Virus record (IMG/VR): IMGVR_UViG_3300032308_001420
Location: 11,685-75,684 of that record
DNA: 64,000 nt
DNA from: a virus
Taxonomy: Duplodnaviria > Caudoviricetes
Reading direction: 5' to 3' (one strand)
Below the pieces are notes generated by a model. That model saw only the letters and a list, made by a program, of their open reading frames with translations, was not told where the DNA came from and made no database searches. Shown here piece by piece: positions 48,401-56,810 of the stretch (the stretch's first letter is position 1; every line of letters starts with the position of its first letter). Both the position numbers and the translations under genes were made by a program.

Positions 48401-50374
48401 TCAAGTTAGATAACGAATAACAACAATTCCTGATCCGCCTGCTCCACCATTATTTGCAGCTTTATTTGCAATATCTGTACGTGTGTCTATGCCACCACCA
48501 CCACCGCCGCCTCCTCTGTTAACAGTCCCTGCGCCTCCATGATTACCACCGCTTGTTGAAGCGCCTCCTCCATTTCCACCTGTTGTTGGTCCTGCTGTTC
48601 CTGAAGTACTTGTGCCGTTATCGCCACCAGCTCCACCGCTTCCTCCACCTGCATAAATAATATTAGATCCAGTTTGATAATTATTGTTTTCTCCAACTCC
48701 GCCTGCTCCGCCAGTAACAAGGACGGCAACTCCTCCAACTGCACCTTTTCCTCCACCTCCTTGAGAACCCATGTTACCAGTCTGAGTTCCTGAACGACTT
48801 CCACCATTGTTACCTTGTGATGGACTAGTAGATGGTGTATTTCCTGCCCCACCATCTCCTCCTCCTCCAGGAGATGAACCTCCACCAGAACCACCCGCAG
48901 CGCCACCTGTACCTAAAGCCTGACTTCCGCCAAATCCACCACCTGTTGATGTGTAGCCAAATGCGGTAGAATCATTGCCATTTTGACGACTAGGTGCAGC
49001 GTCTGTATGTGCTGGAGCGCCAGAACCTACAACAATTGGATAGGTTCCAGTTGGGTTAGTAAATGAAAGAACACGCATTCCTCCAGCACCTCCTCCTCCA
49101 CCAGACAATCTATTTCCGTTTCCAACACCATAACCAATATTGCCTGAACCGCTACCAGCACCACCTCCTGCAACAAGAAGGACCTCTAGAGTTCCACTGT
49201 TACCACTTTGTACAAAACTACCGTTGCCTGTAAATGTGTGAACAGTATATGCTCCAACTGTTGTTTTTGTTCCGCCTGTTGCTGATATTGGAGTATCTGT
49301 TGTAATTGAGTTAGAAGCAGAAGATGCTAATGAATTTCCATTTGCATTTGTTGCACTAACAGTAAATGTGTAAGATGTTGTTGGAGATAAGCCAGTTATA
49401 GTAAATGTACCAGAACCAGATTGATTTAGTGTTGATGTTACTGATCCAGGAGATGATGTTGCTGTATAAGATGTAATTGTAGATCCACCATTACTTGCAG
49501 GAGCACTAAATGTCAAAGTTGCAGTTGTTGTTCCTGTTTTTGTTGCAGTTCCAATAGTTGGTGCTTGAGGAACTGTTGAAGGTGTTAATGAAGAAGATGC
49601 AGAACTTGCTGTTGAGTTACCATTAGCGTTAGTTGCAACTGCAGTAAAAGTATAAGATGTTCCAGATGTTAGGCCAGCAACTGTTACAGGGCTTGTGCCT
49701 GAGCCAGTCAGAGATCCTGGGCTAGATGTTACTGTAAACCCTGAAACTGCCTTACCACCTGTTGCATTAGCTGTTACTGGAACAGAGGCAGAAACTGTAG
49801 ATCCAAATGCTGCTCCAGTTATATTTGTTGGCGTTCCAATGCTTGGTGTTTGTGGAACTGTTGTAATGGTTGCAGAGTTAGATGCTGAAGACGCTAAAGC
49901 GTTTCCATATCCATTAGTTGCGGTTACTGTAAAAGTCAAAGATGTATTGGAAGGAATTCCAGTAACAACTACTGGTGAAGAAGATCCAGAACCTGAATAG
50001 CCACCAGTTGTTGATGTTGCTGTAAAACTTGATGCCAATCCTCCGCCAGTTGCTGCTGTAAATGTAACGCTTGCAGCCCCATTATTGTATGCTCTATCTG
50101 TTCCAACATCTGTTGCTGTTCCAATAGTTGGAGATAAAGGAATTACGCCTAATTGTGACCAACCTGATGCTGTATAAACCTCAATATATCCTGTTTGTGT
50201 ATTTGAATAAACGTCTCCTACGGAAGGAGATCCTGGTCTAGATGCTGTATTACCTCTTAATACGTGTCCATTTTCTGCTGTTGCATGTGCAGAAATAGCA
50301 GCAGCTGTTTCAACATCTGTAGCCAGATCACTGGCTGTTGTTAAAAGTGCTGCTAAATCTCTGCTTCTTGTCAT
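48401..50374 (-). CDS. FN3 x3 + glycine-rich fibre/adhesin paralogue
   Basis: MTRSRDLA N-terminus, three FN3 repeats, GGSGIVVIRY end. Confidence 0.8.
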   Translation of the reverse strand: MTRSRDLAALLTTASDLATDVETAAAISAHATAENGHVLRGNTASRPGSPSVGDVYSNTQTGYIEVYTASGWSQLGVIPLSPTIGTATDVGTDRAYNNGAASVTFTAATGGGLASSFTATSTTGGYSGSGSSSPVVVTGIPSNTSLTFTVTATNGYGNALASSASNSATITTVPQTPSIGTPTNITGAAFGSTVSASVPVTANATGGKAVSGFTVTSSPGSLTGSGTSPVTVAGLTSGTSYTFTAVATNANGNSTASSASSSLTPSTVPQAPTIGTATKTGTTTATLTFSAPASNGGSTITSYTATSSPGSVTSTLNQSGSGTFTITGLSPTTSYTFTVSATNANGNSLASSASNSITTDTPISATGGTKTTVGAYTVHTFTGNGSFVQSGNSGTLEVLLVAGGGAGSGSGNIGYGVGNGNRLSGGGGGAGGMRVLSFTNPTGTYPIVVGSGAPAHTDAAPSRQNGNDSTAFGYTSTGGGFGGSQALGTGGAAGGSGGGSSPGGGGDGGAGNTPSTSPSQGNNGGSRSGTQTGNMGSQGGGGKGAVGGVAVLVTGGAGGVGENNNYQTGSNIIYAGGGSGGAGGDNGTSTSGTAGPTTGGNGGGASTSGGNHGGAGTVNRGGGGGGGGIDTRTDIANKAANNGGAGGSGIVVIRYLT

Positions 50375-50378
50375 TTAA

Positions 50379-50738
50379 TTATTCAACCATGTCCCAGTTG
50401 CATGTATCTTCATTGAGAGTCCAAGTAACTTCCTTTGTCCCGCCCTCAGCTTCTGGGTCTGCGATTGTGGTCGGCGGCATAGGTGGAATAAATGCATCTC
50501 TTACTGAATCCCATGTGTATCCAATACCTGCATAATTCTTTCTAAATCCTGGTTCATCTGTAATTTCATTTGTCTCAGGATTTTTACGCTTTCCTGCAAT
50601 TGCATTATATGAAGTCTTTACCCAAGTTCCGCCAAGATTATCAATTAGCCATTGATATCCTTCATCTGGATCATTATTGTCTCCAACAAGTACTCTTGTT
50701 ACAATGTTGTTCTCATCTAATTCGGCCCAATGTGCCAT
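50379..50738 (-). CDS. Small fibre-partner protein (MxHWAE.DENN family)
   Basis: Paralogue of 48028..48366. Confidence 0.7.
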   Translation of the reverse strand: MAHWAELDENNIVTRVLVGDNNDPDEGYQWLIDNLGGTWVKTSYNAIAGKRKNPETNEITDEPGFRKNYAGIGYTWDSVRDAFIPPMPPTTIADPEAEGGTKEVTWTLNEDTCNWDMVE

Positions 50739-50769
50739 AATATTTCTCCTTTGTTTTCTTTATCTTATT

Positions 50770-50952
50770 TTAGCATTCTTTAATGCTAAAATCTATTGGA
50801 TGTATAAATTTTTTTCCATCCCATTTTCCACCAACTGTTGCTAATCCATATTCAACTTTCATTTCTATTCCAGTTAAATCTTTATGATTAATCAATTCAT
50901 TTTCCCAACACCAGCCAACTACAATGTTGTCTTTATCTATTAAAGCATACAT
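50770..50952 (-). CDS. Small fibre-partner protein (MYALIDKDNIVV..GGKWDGKKF)
   Basis: Start coupled (TAATG) to the upstream Gly-rich gene. Confidence 0.6.
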   Translation of the reverse strand: MYALIDKDNIVVGWCWENELINHKDLTGIEMKVEYGLATVGGKWDGKKFIHPIDFSIKEC

Positions 50953-51818
50953 TAGTAATATAACCAAACTCCTCCAGAACCACCAGATCCTCCAGTTCCA
51001 CCATTTCCAACTTGTCTTCCTCCAGCTCCGCCTCCACCGCCGCCGCCTCCAGTATTTGCAGAAGCAGAAACTCCATTACCTCCAGAAGCTCCAGATGAAT
51101 TAACTGGACCTGCTCCACCATTTCCAGCAGAACCCCAGGGACTAGCTCCACCAGCCCCACCAGAAGATCCTGGGCTAGATGCTCCGCCTCCTCCGCCACC
51201 TCCGCCAGATGGACCTCCAGCTCCTCCAAACCCTCCACGGGAAGTTCCATAATTTCCAGTTATTCCAGTTACGCCTCCAGAACCATATGCTCCACCAGCT
51301 CCACCATTATATCCTCCAGATGTAACATCTGCAGTCTGTCCAGATCCACCTCCGCCTCCAGAACCACCCTGGCCTCCATCTAGGCCTCCTGTAGAATAAG
51401 AAGTAGCGCCTCTACTAAAATTTTTAGCACCATAACCACCACTTGCACCTGCAAAACCACATGCTGATGAATTTCCATTATTGCCTGGATTGGTTGGAGT
51501 TTGCTGTGACCCTGAAGCTCCGCTGCTACCAGAACCACCAGCTCCAATAATTACAGATAAAGATGTTGATCCATGTGTTGGCACAAGACCAAAACTATAA
51601 TATCCTCCTCCGCCTCCGCCACCGCCTGCACCAGTTACTCCACCATTGTCAAAACCTGTTGATCCTCCAGAACCACCACCACCGCCACCTAAACAAGCTA
51701 TATATAGCATATTTGTTCCAGATGGAATTGTAGCTGTTCCGTTTGATGTAAAAGTTTGTCTTAAACTTGGTTGAATAGTGCTAAAAGATGCACCCAAACT
51801 TGATAAATTAATAGGCAT
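50952..51818 (-). CDS. Glycine-rich domain protein
   Basis: QTFTSNGTATIPSG..LGGGGGG..GGSGGVWLYY; start probably MPINL. Confidence 0.75.
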   Translation of the reverse strand: MPINLSSLGASFSTIQPSLRQTFTSNGTATIPSGTNMLYIACLGGGGGGSGGSTGFDNGGVTGAGGGGGGGGYYSFGLVPTHGSTSLSVIIGAGGSGSSGASGSQQTPTNPGNNGNSSACGFAGASGGYGAKNFSRGATSYSTGGLDGGQGGSGGGGGSGQTADVTSGGYNGGAGGAYGSGGVTGITGNYGTSRGGFGGAGGPSGGGGGGGGASSPGSSGGAGGASPWGSAGNGGAGPVNSSGASGGNGVSASANTGGGGGGGGAGGRQVGNGGTGGSGGSGGVWLYY

Positions 51819-52330
51819 TATCCCATCCTCCATCCATATGTTGATCCTGTGTATAAAAATAAAGCGGCTCCGCCTGAGATATCTATTGTAGCATTATCTG
51901 ATTGTCCATTAATCTTTAAAGAATTTCTTAATACTGTAATATTGTTTGTTCCCGCCGCATTTGATGCATCTACAATTTGAATTTCATCTCCAACTGTAGG
52001 AGAAGCAGGTAAGGTTAAAGATCTTGCTGCTGTTGTATCTACAAAATATCTTGTTCCCGCCACTAATGTAATATTTGAATTTATTGAAGAATTTGTAACA
52101 GATGCTGGGCCTGTTGCTCCAGTTGTGCCTTGTGCGCCAGTTGTTCCTTGTGTACCAGATGTTCCTTGTGCGCCCGTTGTACCTTGTGCTCCTGTAGTTC
52201 CCTGTGGGCCCGTAGAGCCCTGTGTGCCCGTTGTACCCTGTGTTCCAGTAGTTCCTTGTGCACCGACGGGGGTAGAGATAGCAAGGTCTTGCCATGCAGT
52301 TCCATCATATACTTTAACAATTTTAGCCAT
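51818..52330 (-). CDS. Short collagen-like protein with a T4 gp9/gp10-like C-terminal domain
   Basis: G-X-Y tract then YFVDTT..LTLPASPTVGDEIQIVD..NNITVLRN..YGW. Confidence 0.75.
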   Translation of the reverse strand: MAKIVKVYDGTAWQDLAISTPVGAQGTTGTQGTTGTQGSTGPQGTTGAQGTTGAQGTSGTQGTTGAQGTTGATGPASVTNSSINSNITLVAGTRYFVDTTAARSLTLPASPTVGDEIQIVDASNAAGTNNITVLRNSLKINGQSDNATIDISGGAALFLYTGSTYGWRMG

Positions 52331-52442
52331 CAGTTGTCTTTTCTAAATCAAGAAGGTGTTGAGCGTATTCTTCGTCATTCATCTCACGAACAATCTCTTC
52401 TTGAGTTTGGCAATTAATAATTACTACATTAGGTCTTGTCAT
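52323..52442 (-). CDS. Small protein, 39 aa (MTRPNVVIINCQTQEEIVREMNDEEYAQ...)
   Basis: Manual translation; fills the gap and is coupled by overlaps at both ends. Confidence 0.65.
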   Translation of the reverse strand: MTRPNVVIINCQTQEEIVREMNDEEYAQHLLDLEKTTDG

Positions 52443-53011
52443 TAGTTTGCTCCATAAAGTGCTAGTCCGCCAGCCGTTGCGCCATTGTAACCAGTAGAAT
52501 TAAGAGTTAAAGTTAATGATGTTATTGGGTTAGTATTTTTCCAAGTTCCCCAATTTTCAGTTTGATGTTCACCCTGAGAAGAATTAATAAAAGAACCGTG
52601 TGACGCAACCCTTTTATACGCAAGAGATGTATTTACATCAAAAACATCAACCCAACCACCTTGATGTGTATAACCATTGGTTGGACTATAATAAGAAAGA
52701 TAAAAAGCATCAGAATTGTTATATGAAGTTACTGCAAAACTACTAGCGCCAGGAAGAATTCCTTTTTGCATATGTGTATAACCACTGTTAGACGAATTAA
52801 ATGTTACTTTAATATTACCGCCACCTTCATATTCTCTAATTAAAAGCCTTAGATATCTGTAACCAGAAATAGAACTAAATGTAATGCTAGCACCTGTTGA
52901 CGTGGTAGAGGTTATAAGTTCCCAGCTAGGTTCACCAGAAGACCAGCCTGCTGATGTTCCATCTGTTACTGAAATACCAGATGAAGGAGCAGGAAATACT
53001 GCAATACCCAT
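52442..53011 (-). CDS. Putative fibre tip / receptor-binding domain protein
   Basis: WELITSTT..ITFSSISGYRYLRL..ITSLTL..LALYG; start MGIAVFP. Confidence 0.65.
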   Translation of the reverse strand: MGIAVFPAPSSGISVTDGTSAGWSSGEPSWELITSTTSTGASITFSSISGYRYLRLLIREYEGGGNIKVTFNSSNSGYTHMQKGILPGASSFAVTSYNNSDAFYLSYYSPTNGYTHQGGWVDVFDVNTSLAYKRVASHGSFINSSQGEHQTENWGTWKNTNPITSLTLTLNSTGYNGATAGGLALYGAN

Positions 53012-53012
53012 A

Positions 53013-53318
53013 TTATGATACCTCCATACCTGAGATATGAAAGTTAACAGATGTTGCAGATGCTCCACCAGTAATAGTATTTGTAGTAGCAAGTACCTGT
53101 TTTAAATCAATATATGCTGTTGAGTTTGCTGCAATAGCTGCAGTTGTATGAATTGCAGTACCTGCTAAAGCAAGCGTGAATGTCTGAGCAGAGCCAGATG
53201 TATTAGTAACAGCAATGTTGGTTACAACTGTTGTTGTAGAAGACGGTACTGTATATAATGTTGTTGCTGTATTTGTTGTTGCTGCTCCCCTGAACAGTGC
53301 TTTTGCTGTATTTGGCAT
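53013..53318 (-). CDS. Small beta-sandwich virion protein
   Basis: TTLYTVPSSTTTVVTNIAVTN..ISGMEV, a common phage structural family. Confidence 0.65.
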   Translation of the reverse strand: MPNTAKALFRGAATTNTATTLYTVPSSTTTVVTNIAVTNTSGSAQTFTLALAGTAIHTTAAIAANSTAYIDLKQVLATTNTITGGASATSVNFHISGMEVS

Positions 53319-54151
53319 TAGTAGGCTCCCATTATATTTGCTATTTCTATATCGTTAACTCTTGCAATTGTAGCATAAGTTGAACCTGCGTTTGACTGTG
53401 TCAAATAAGTTGAGCCTGCATTTGATTGTGTCAAATATGTAGATGCTGCAGTTGAAGATGTTAGATAAGATGATAAATCAATTGTTCCCCAAGATGAGGC
53501 TGATCCATTTGTTGTTAAATATTTGCCGCTATTCCCAGTCTGGGAAGGAACGGCAACTAAAATTGCTGAATTAATTTCTGCCTGTGTATATGTATTAGTA
53601 GGAGAAATTAATGTAATTCCTATTACTTCAATTATATCGCTTACCGCCGCCGCAGATAATAGTGTAATTGTATTAGAATTTGAAGTTGTATAATCAGATG
53701 TTCTTACAAGCAAAATTCCATTTAAGTATACGCTTTCTGTTCCATCTGTAAATGAATTTGTAACTGTAAAAACTGTTTGTCCAGCAGTTGCTGTAAATGT
53801 CTGTCTTCTAACTAAAGTTGGATCAAATGCTGGGGCAGATGAATCAGAATCTACCCAAATTTGTCCAGCTACTGGATAAGATGGTTCTGATGTTTGATAA
53901 GCTGTAGATAAAACTGTATTCCATTGTGTGGTTGTACCATTTGTTTGTAAATACTTATTTGTATTGTCTGTTTGAAGGGGTAGCAAGGCATTTAAGGCGT
54001 TTGCAGCTGTTGTCTGTCCTGTTCCACCCTCTGCAATTGCTAGGGTCGCAGAAGAGCTTATAGCGCCAGATGAATCAGTTTTTACAATTCCCGCTGTAGA
54101 TAGGGCGGGAATAACTAATCCATTCTTTACCTTAAAGTCTTTATTAGACAT
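53318..54151 (-). CDS. Fibre-like virion protein (KDFKVK N-terminus)
   Basis: FTATAGQTVF..VYLNGILL..DYT baseplate-wedge-like repeat; tandem STYLTQSNAG. Confidence 0.7.
   Translation of the reverse strand: MSNKDFKVKNGLVIPALSTAGIVKTDSSGAISSSATLAIAEGGTGQTTAANALNALLPLQTDNTNKYLQTNGTTTQWNTVLSTAYQTSEPSYPVAGQIWVDSDSSAPAFDPTLVRRQTFTATAGQTVFTVTNSFTDGTESVYLNGILLVRTSDYTTSNSNTITLLSAAAVSDIIEVIGITLISPTNTYTQAEINSAILVAVPSQTGNSGKYLTTNGSASSWGTIDLSSYLTSSTAASTYLTQSNAGSTYLTQSNAGSTYATIARVNDIEIANIMGAY
53375..53470 (-). repeat. About three imperfect 30-nt tandem repeats encoding STYLTQSNAG
   Basis: SSYLTSSTAA-STYLTQSNAG-STYLTQSNAG-STYAT. Confidence 0.75.
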
Positions 54152-54161
54152 TTATTACCCC

Positions 54162-56507
54162 TTAAAGTGCTACTTTGCTAAATTTAACCGTTACATTTGT
54201 ACTTGCGGCATCTGTTGCTGTTACCTGCAATACTGCATTTGTTGAAGACACTGCTGCTGAAACAACTACTCCTGCAATTGTTCCACCAGTTTCTGTGATT
54301 GCAAATTCTGTCATGTCTACAGAAGTTCCGTCTGTCTGAACAATTACCTTAGATGTTCTAACCTTTGAACCCTGCTTTAATGAAACCATATATTCAATTG
54401 ATGTAAATGCTGACAATGCTGTGGTGTCTACAGTTTCTACTGTATTTCCAGTAACAGTGTCTGTTCCAGTTACAATTGGTACTACTAATGTTCCCCATGA
54501 AGCAGATGTTCCATCTGTTGTTAGGTACTTACCTGAATTTCCTGATTGAGAAGGAAGACTGATTGGTGCTGCCGCCCACTCAACTCCATTTGTTGCACTT
54601 GAGTTTGCTGTAAGCAAATACCCGTTTGTACCAACGGCAAGCTTGGCGGGAGTATTATCGGCTGAAGCAACTAAAATATCTCCCTTTGTGTCAAATAATG
54701 ACTCATCTACCTTGCCGTCTAATTGTGTTTGAATTGATGAAGTTACACCGTCTACATAATTTAGCTCTGTTGTAGACAAAGTTGCACCGTCAAGAATATT
54801 TAATTCTGTTGAAGTTGATGTAAGATCTACGTTTTCATTAACCTTTGGCAGAGTCAGAGTTTTATTGGTAAGAGTGTCTGTGCTTGAAGCAGAAATCTTT
54901 CCATCAATCTGAGTCTGAATTGCTGATGTAACGCCATCTACATAATTTAATTCTGTAGCTGTAGCTGTAAGAGCTACATCTTCATTAATCTTTGGACTTG
55001 TTAAAGTCTTATTAGTTAAAGTTTGAGCGGTAGAAAGATCTGCAGTAATTGCTGTATCAATTGATAATGTTCCAGCTGTTGCTTCAGATAAACCATTTCC
55101 TGCAATTACTACCTGACCAGCATTAAACTGAATATAAGAAATTGATGTTGTTCCAATTGTAATTGTTCCAGTTGTGCTTACAATAAAACCATATCCTGCT
55201 TGTGATCCATTTTGTACGAATACAAAGTCTCCATATGCAATTTCTCCTGCTGGAGAATTATCTGCATCTGTTGCACGAGTTAATACCCATGGAGCAGATC
55301 CTGAGCCAATATCTGTTATTGTATAAAGACCATTTTGCTTTCCATCTGTTTGATTCTTGACAAGGATTCTATCTCCAAGTGTAAATGATGTATGGGTATC
55401 TAAAGCTATCCAGGCACGATTTGTGTCGGCAGTAAGTGTAGCTCCTACACCGCTTGTTCCATTGCTATAATTTGCTGATAAATTTGTTGTTGTGGCTGCA
55501 TGTACTGGTGTATGAAAGTTCAATCCAGCTGTAGTATTATCTACATATGCTTTTGTTGCCGCATCAGATGCTGATTGTGGTTCACCTAATCCAGTAATTT
55601 TATATGTAGCCATAGCCACATTTGCAGTTGGTGCACCTACTGCGCTTAGCGCAAATTCTGATGGATCTACTGAAATTGCACCTGTTGAATCATCGTAGTC
55701 TAATCCGTTTCCAACGGCATTTCCTACTGCATCCTGTGCTAACTCATCAGAAAAATACTTATTTGTTGATCCTTGTGCCACATCATCTGTTCCTAATGTG
55801 CGTGAACCACCAAGTGATGTAGATGTACCATTAATTGTAATTGATGAATTTGAAAGCTTATCATTTGCAATTGATCCAGCAAGCATAGCATTTGAAACTG
55901 ATGCTGTATCTCCAGTTGTTACAATTGTTCCAGTTACATCTGGAACTGTAATTGTACGATCTGCTGTTGGGTCTGTTACTTGTAAAGTTGTCTCATATGA
56001 ATCTGCTGTTGCGCCTTCAAAAACAATTGCTGTTGGAACATTAATATTTCCTGTAAATGTAGCACCTGAGAGTGCTGCATATGCATTTAAATCTGTTGCA
56101 AGTACTACTGTACCAGTAGCATCTGGGAATGTAATTGTTCTATCTGCTGTAGGATTTGTAAATACTACAGTTGTTTCATTTGAATTATCTGTTTCACCTT
56201 CTACAATAAATCCTGGACCCAGAATTAATGCATTTCCAGAATTATCCATTTGGACAAGTCCGCCTTTTACGTTAACATCTTCTGATAGTACATAATCGCC
56301 TAGCGCTGATGTAAGACCTGCTGGGGTTACGTTTACATAGGATGAAATGCTATTCCATGCTGTTCCAACAGTTGGGGCAGTTACTGCAGGACCAAGCTTA
56401 AACTTACCTGTATCTATTTCAATACCCATTTCACCTGGATATAGTAGTGGATTATTTGTTGTCCAGTTACTTGCGGTGTCTCTTCTTAATTGAATTCTAA
56501 TTGCCAT
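54162..56507 (-). CDS. Long fibre protein with Mtd-N-like N-terminal domain
   Basis: IQLRRDTASNWTTNNPLLYPGEMGIEIDTGKFKLG; PTADRTIT repeats; GDRILVKNQ..NGLY domain; TLTNKTLT repeats. Confidence 0.8.
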   Translation of the reverse strand: MAIRIQLRRDTASNWTTNNPLLYPGEMGIEIDTGKFKLGPAVTAPTVGTAWNSISSYVNVTPAGLTSALGDYVLSEDVNVKGGLVQMDNSGNALILGPGFIVEGETDNSNETTVVFTNPTADRTITFPDATGTVVLATDLNAYAALSGATFTGNINVPTAIVFEGATADSYETTLQVTDPTADRTITVPDVTGTIVTTGDTASVSNAMLAGSIANDKLSNSSITINGTSTSLGGSRTLGTDDVAQGSTNKYFSDELAQDAVGNAVGNGLDYDDSTGAISVDPSEFALSAVGAPTANVAMATYKITGLGEPQSASDAATKAYVDNTTAGLNFHTPVHAATTTNLSANYSNGTSGVGATLTADTNRAWIALDTHTSFTLGDRILVKNQTDGKQNGLYTITDIGSGSAPWVLTRATDADNSPAGEIAYGDFVFVQNGSQAGYGFIVSTTGTITIGTTSISYIQFNAGQVVIAGNGLSEATAGTLSIDTAITADLSTAQTLTNKTLTSPKINEDVALTATATELNYVDGVTSAIQTQIDGKISASSTDTLTNKTLTLPKVNENVDLTSTSTELNILDGATLSTTELNYVDGVTSSIQTQLDGKVDESLFDTKGDILVASADNTPAKLAVGTNGYLLTANSSATNGVEWAAAPISLPSQSGNSGKYLTTDGTSASWGTLVVPIVTGTDTVTGNTVETVDTTALSAFTSIEYMVSLKQGSKVRTSKVIVQTDGTSVDMTEFAITETGGTIAGVVVSAAVSSTNAVLQVTATDAASTNVTVKFSKVAL

Positions 56508-56508
56508 T

Positions 56509-56808
56509 TTATGCTGTTCCCCCATCTATTGAATCATTAAATACTGTTGTTGCTCCCCCGCCATTTATTGAAACTACATAATCAGTATTTTCTGCGTAAT
56601 TTCCATAATCAACGGTTCTAATTCCTCCATCTGTGTAGTGTGTATGGTCCAAAATTGCTTTTGGACCAGCCACATCATACCAAATTTCTCCGTTATATGC
56701 CTTAATAGTTCTTTCTTCTGTATTATAATACATTTGTCCAGTTATTGGATTAGATGGCGCTGTTGCCATATTAACCAATACTATCGGAGTTAAGAACTTT
56801 TTGGCCAT
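56509..56808 (-). CDS. Small fibre-associated protein
   Basis: MAKKFL..APSNPITGQMYYNT, N-terminus paralogous to the upstream collagen protein. Confidence 0.65.
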   Translation of the reverse strand: MAKKFLTPIVLVNMATAPSNPITGQMYYNTEERTIKAYNGEIWYDVAGPKAILDHTHYTDGGIRTVDYGNYAENTDYVVSINGGGATTVFNDSIDGGTA

Positions 56809-56810
56809 GT

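Noticed and set aside
54162-56507. Diversity-generating retroelement suggested by the Mtd-N-like domain
   Set aside because: No reverse transcriptase, no C-type lectin variable region and no adenine-specific TR/VR pair was seen in the window
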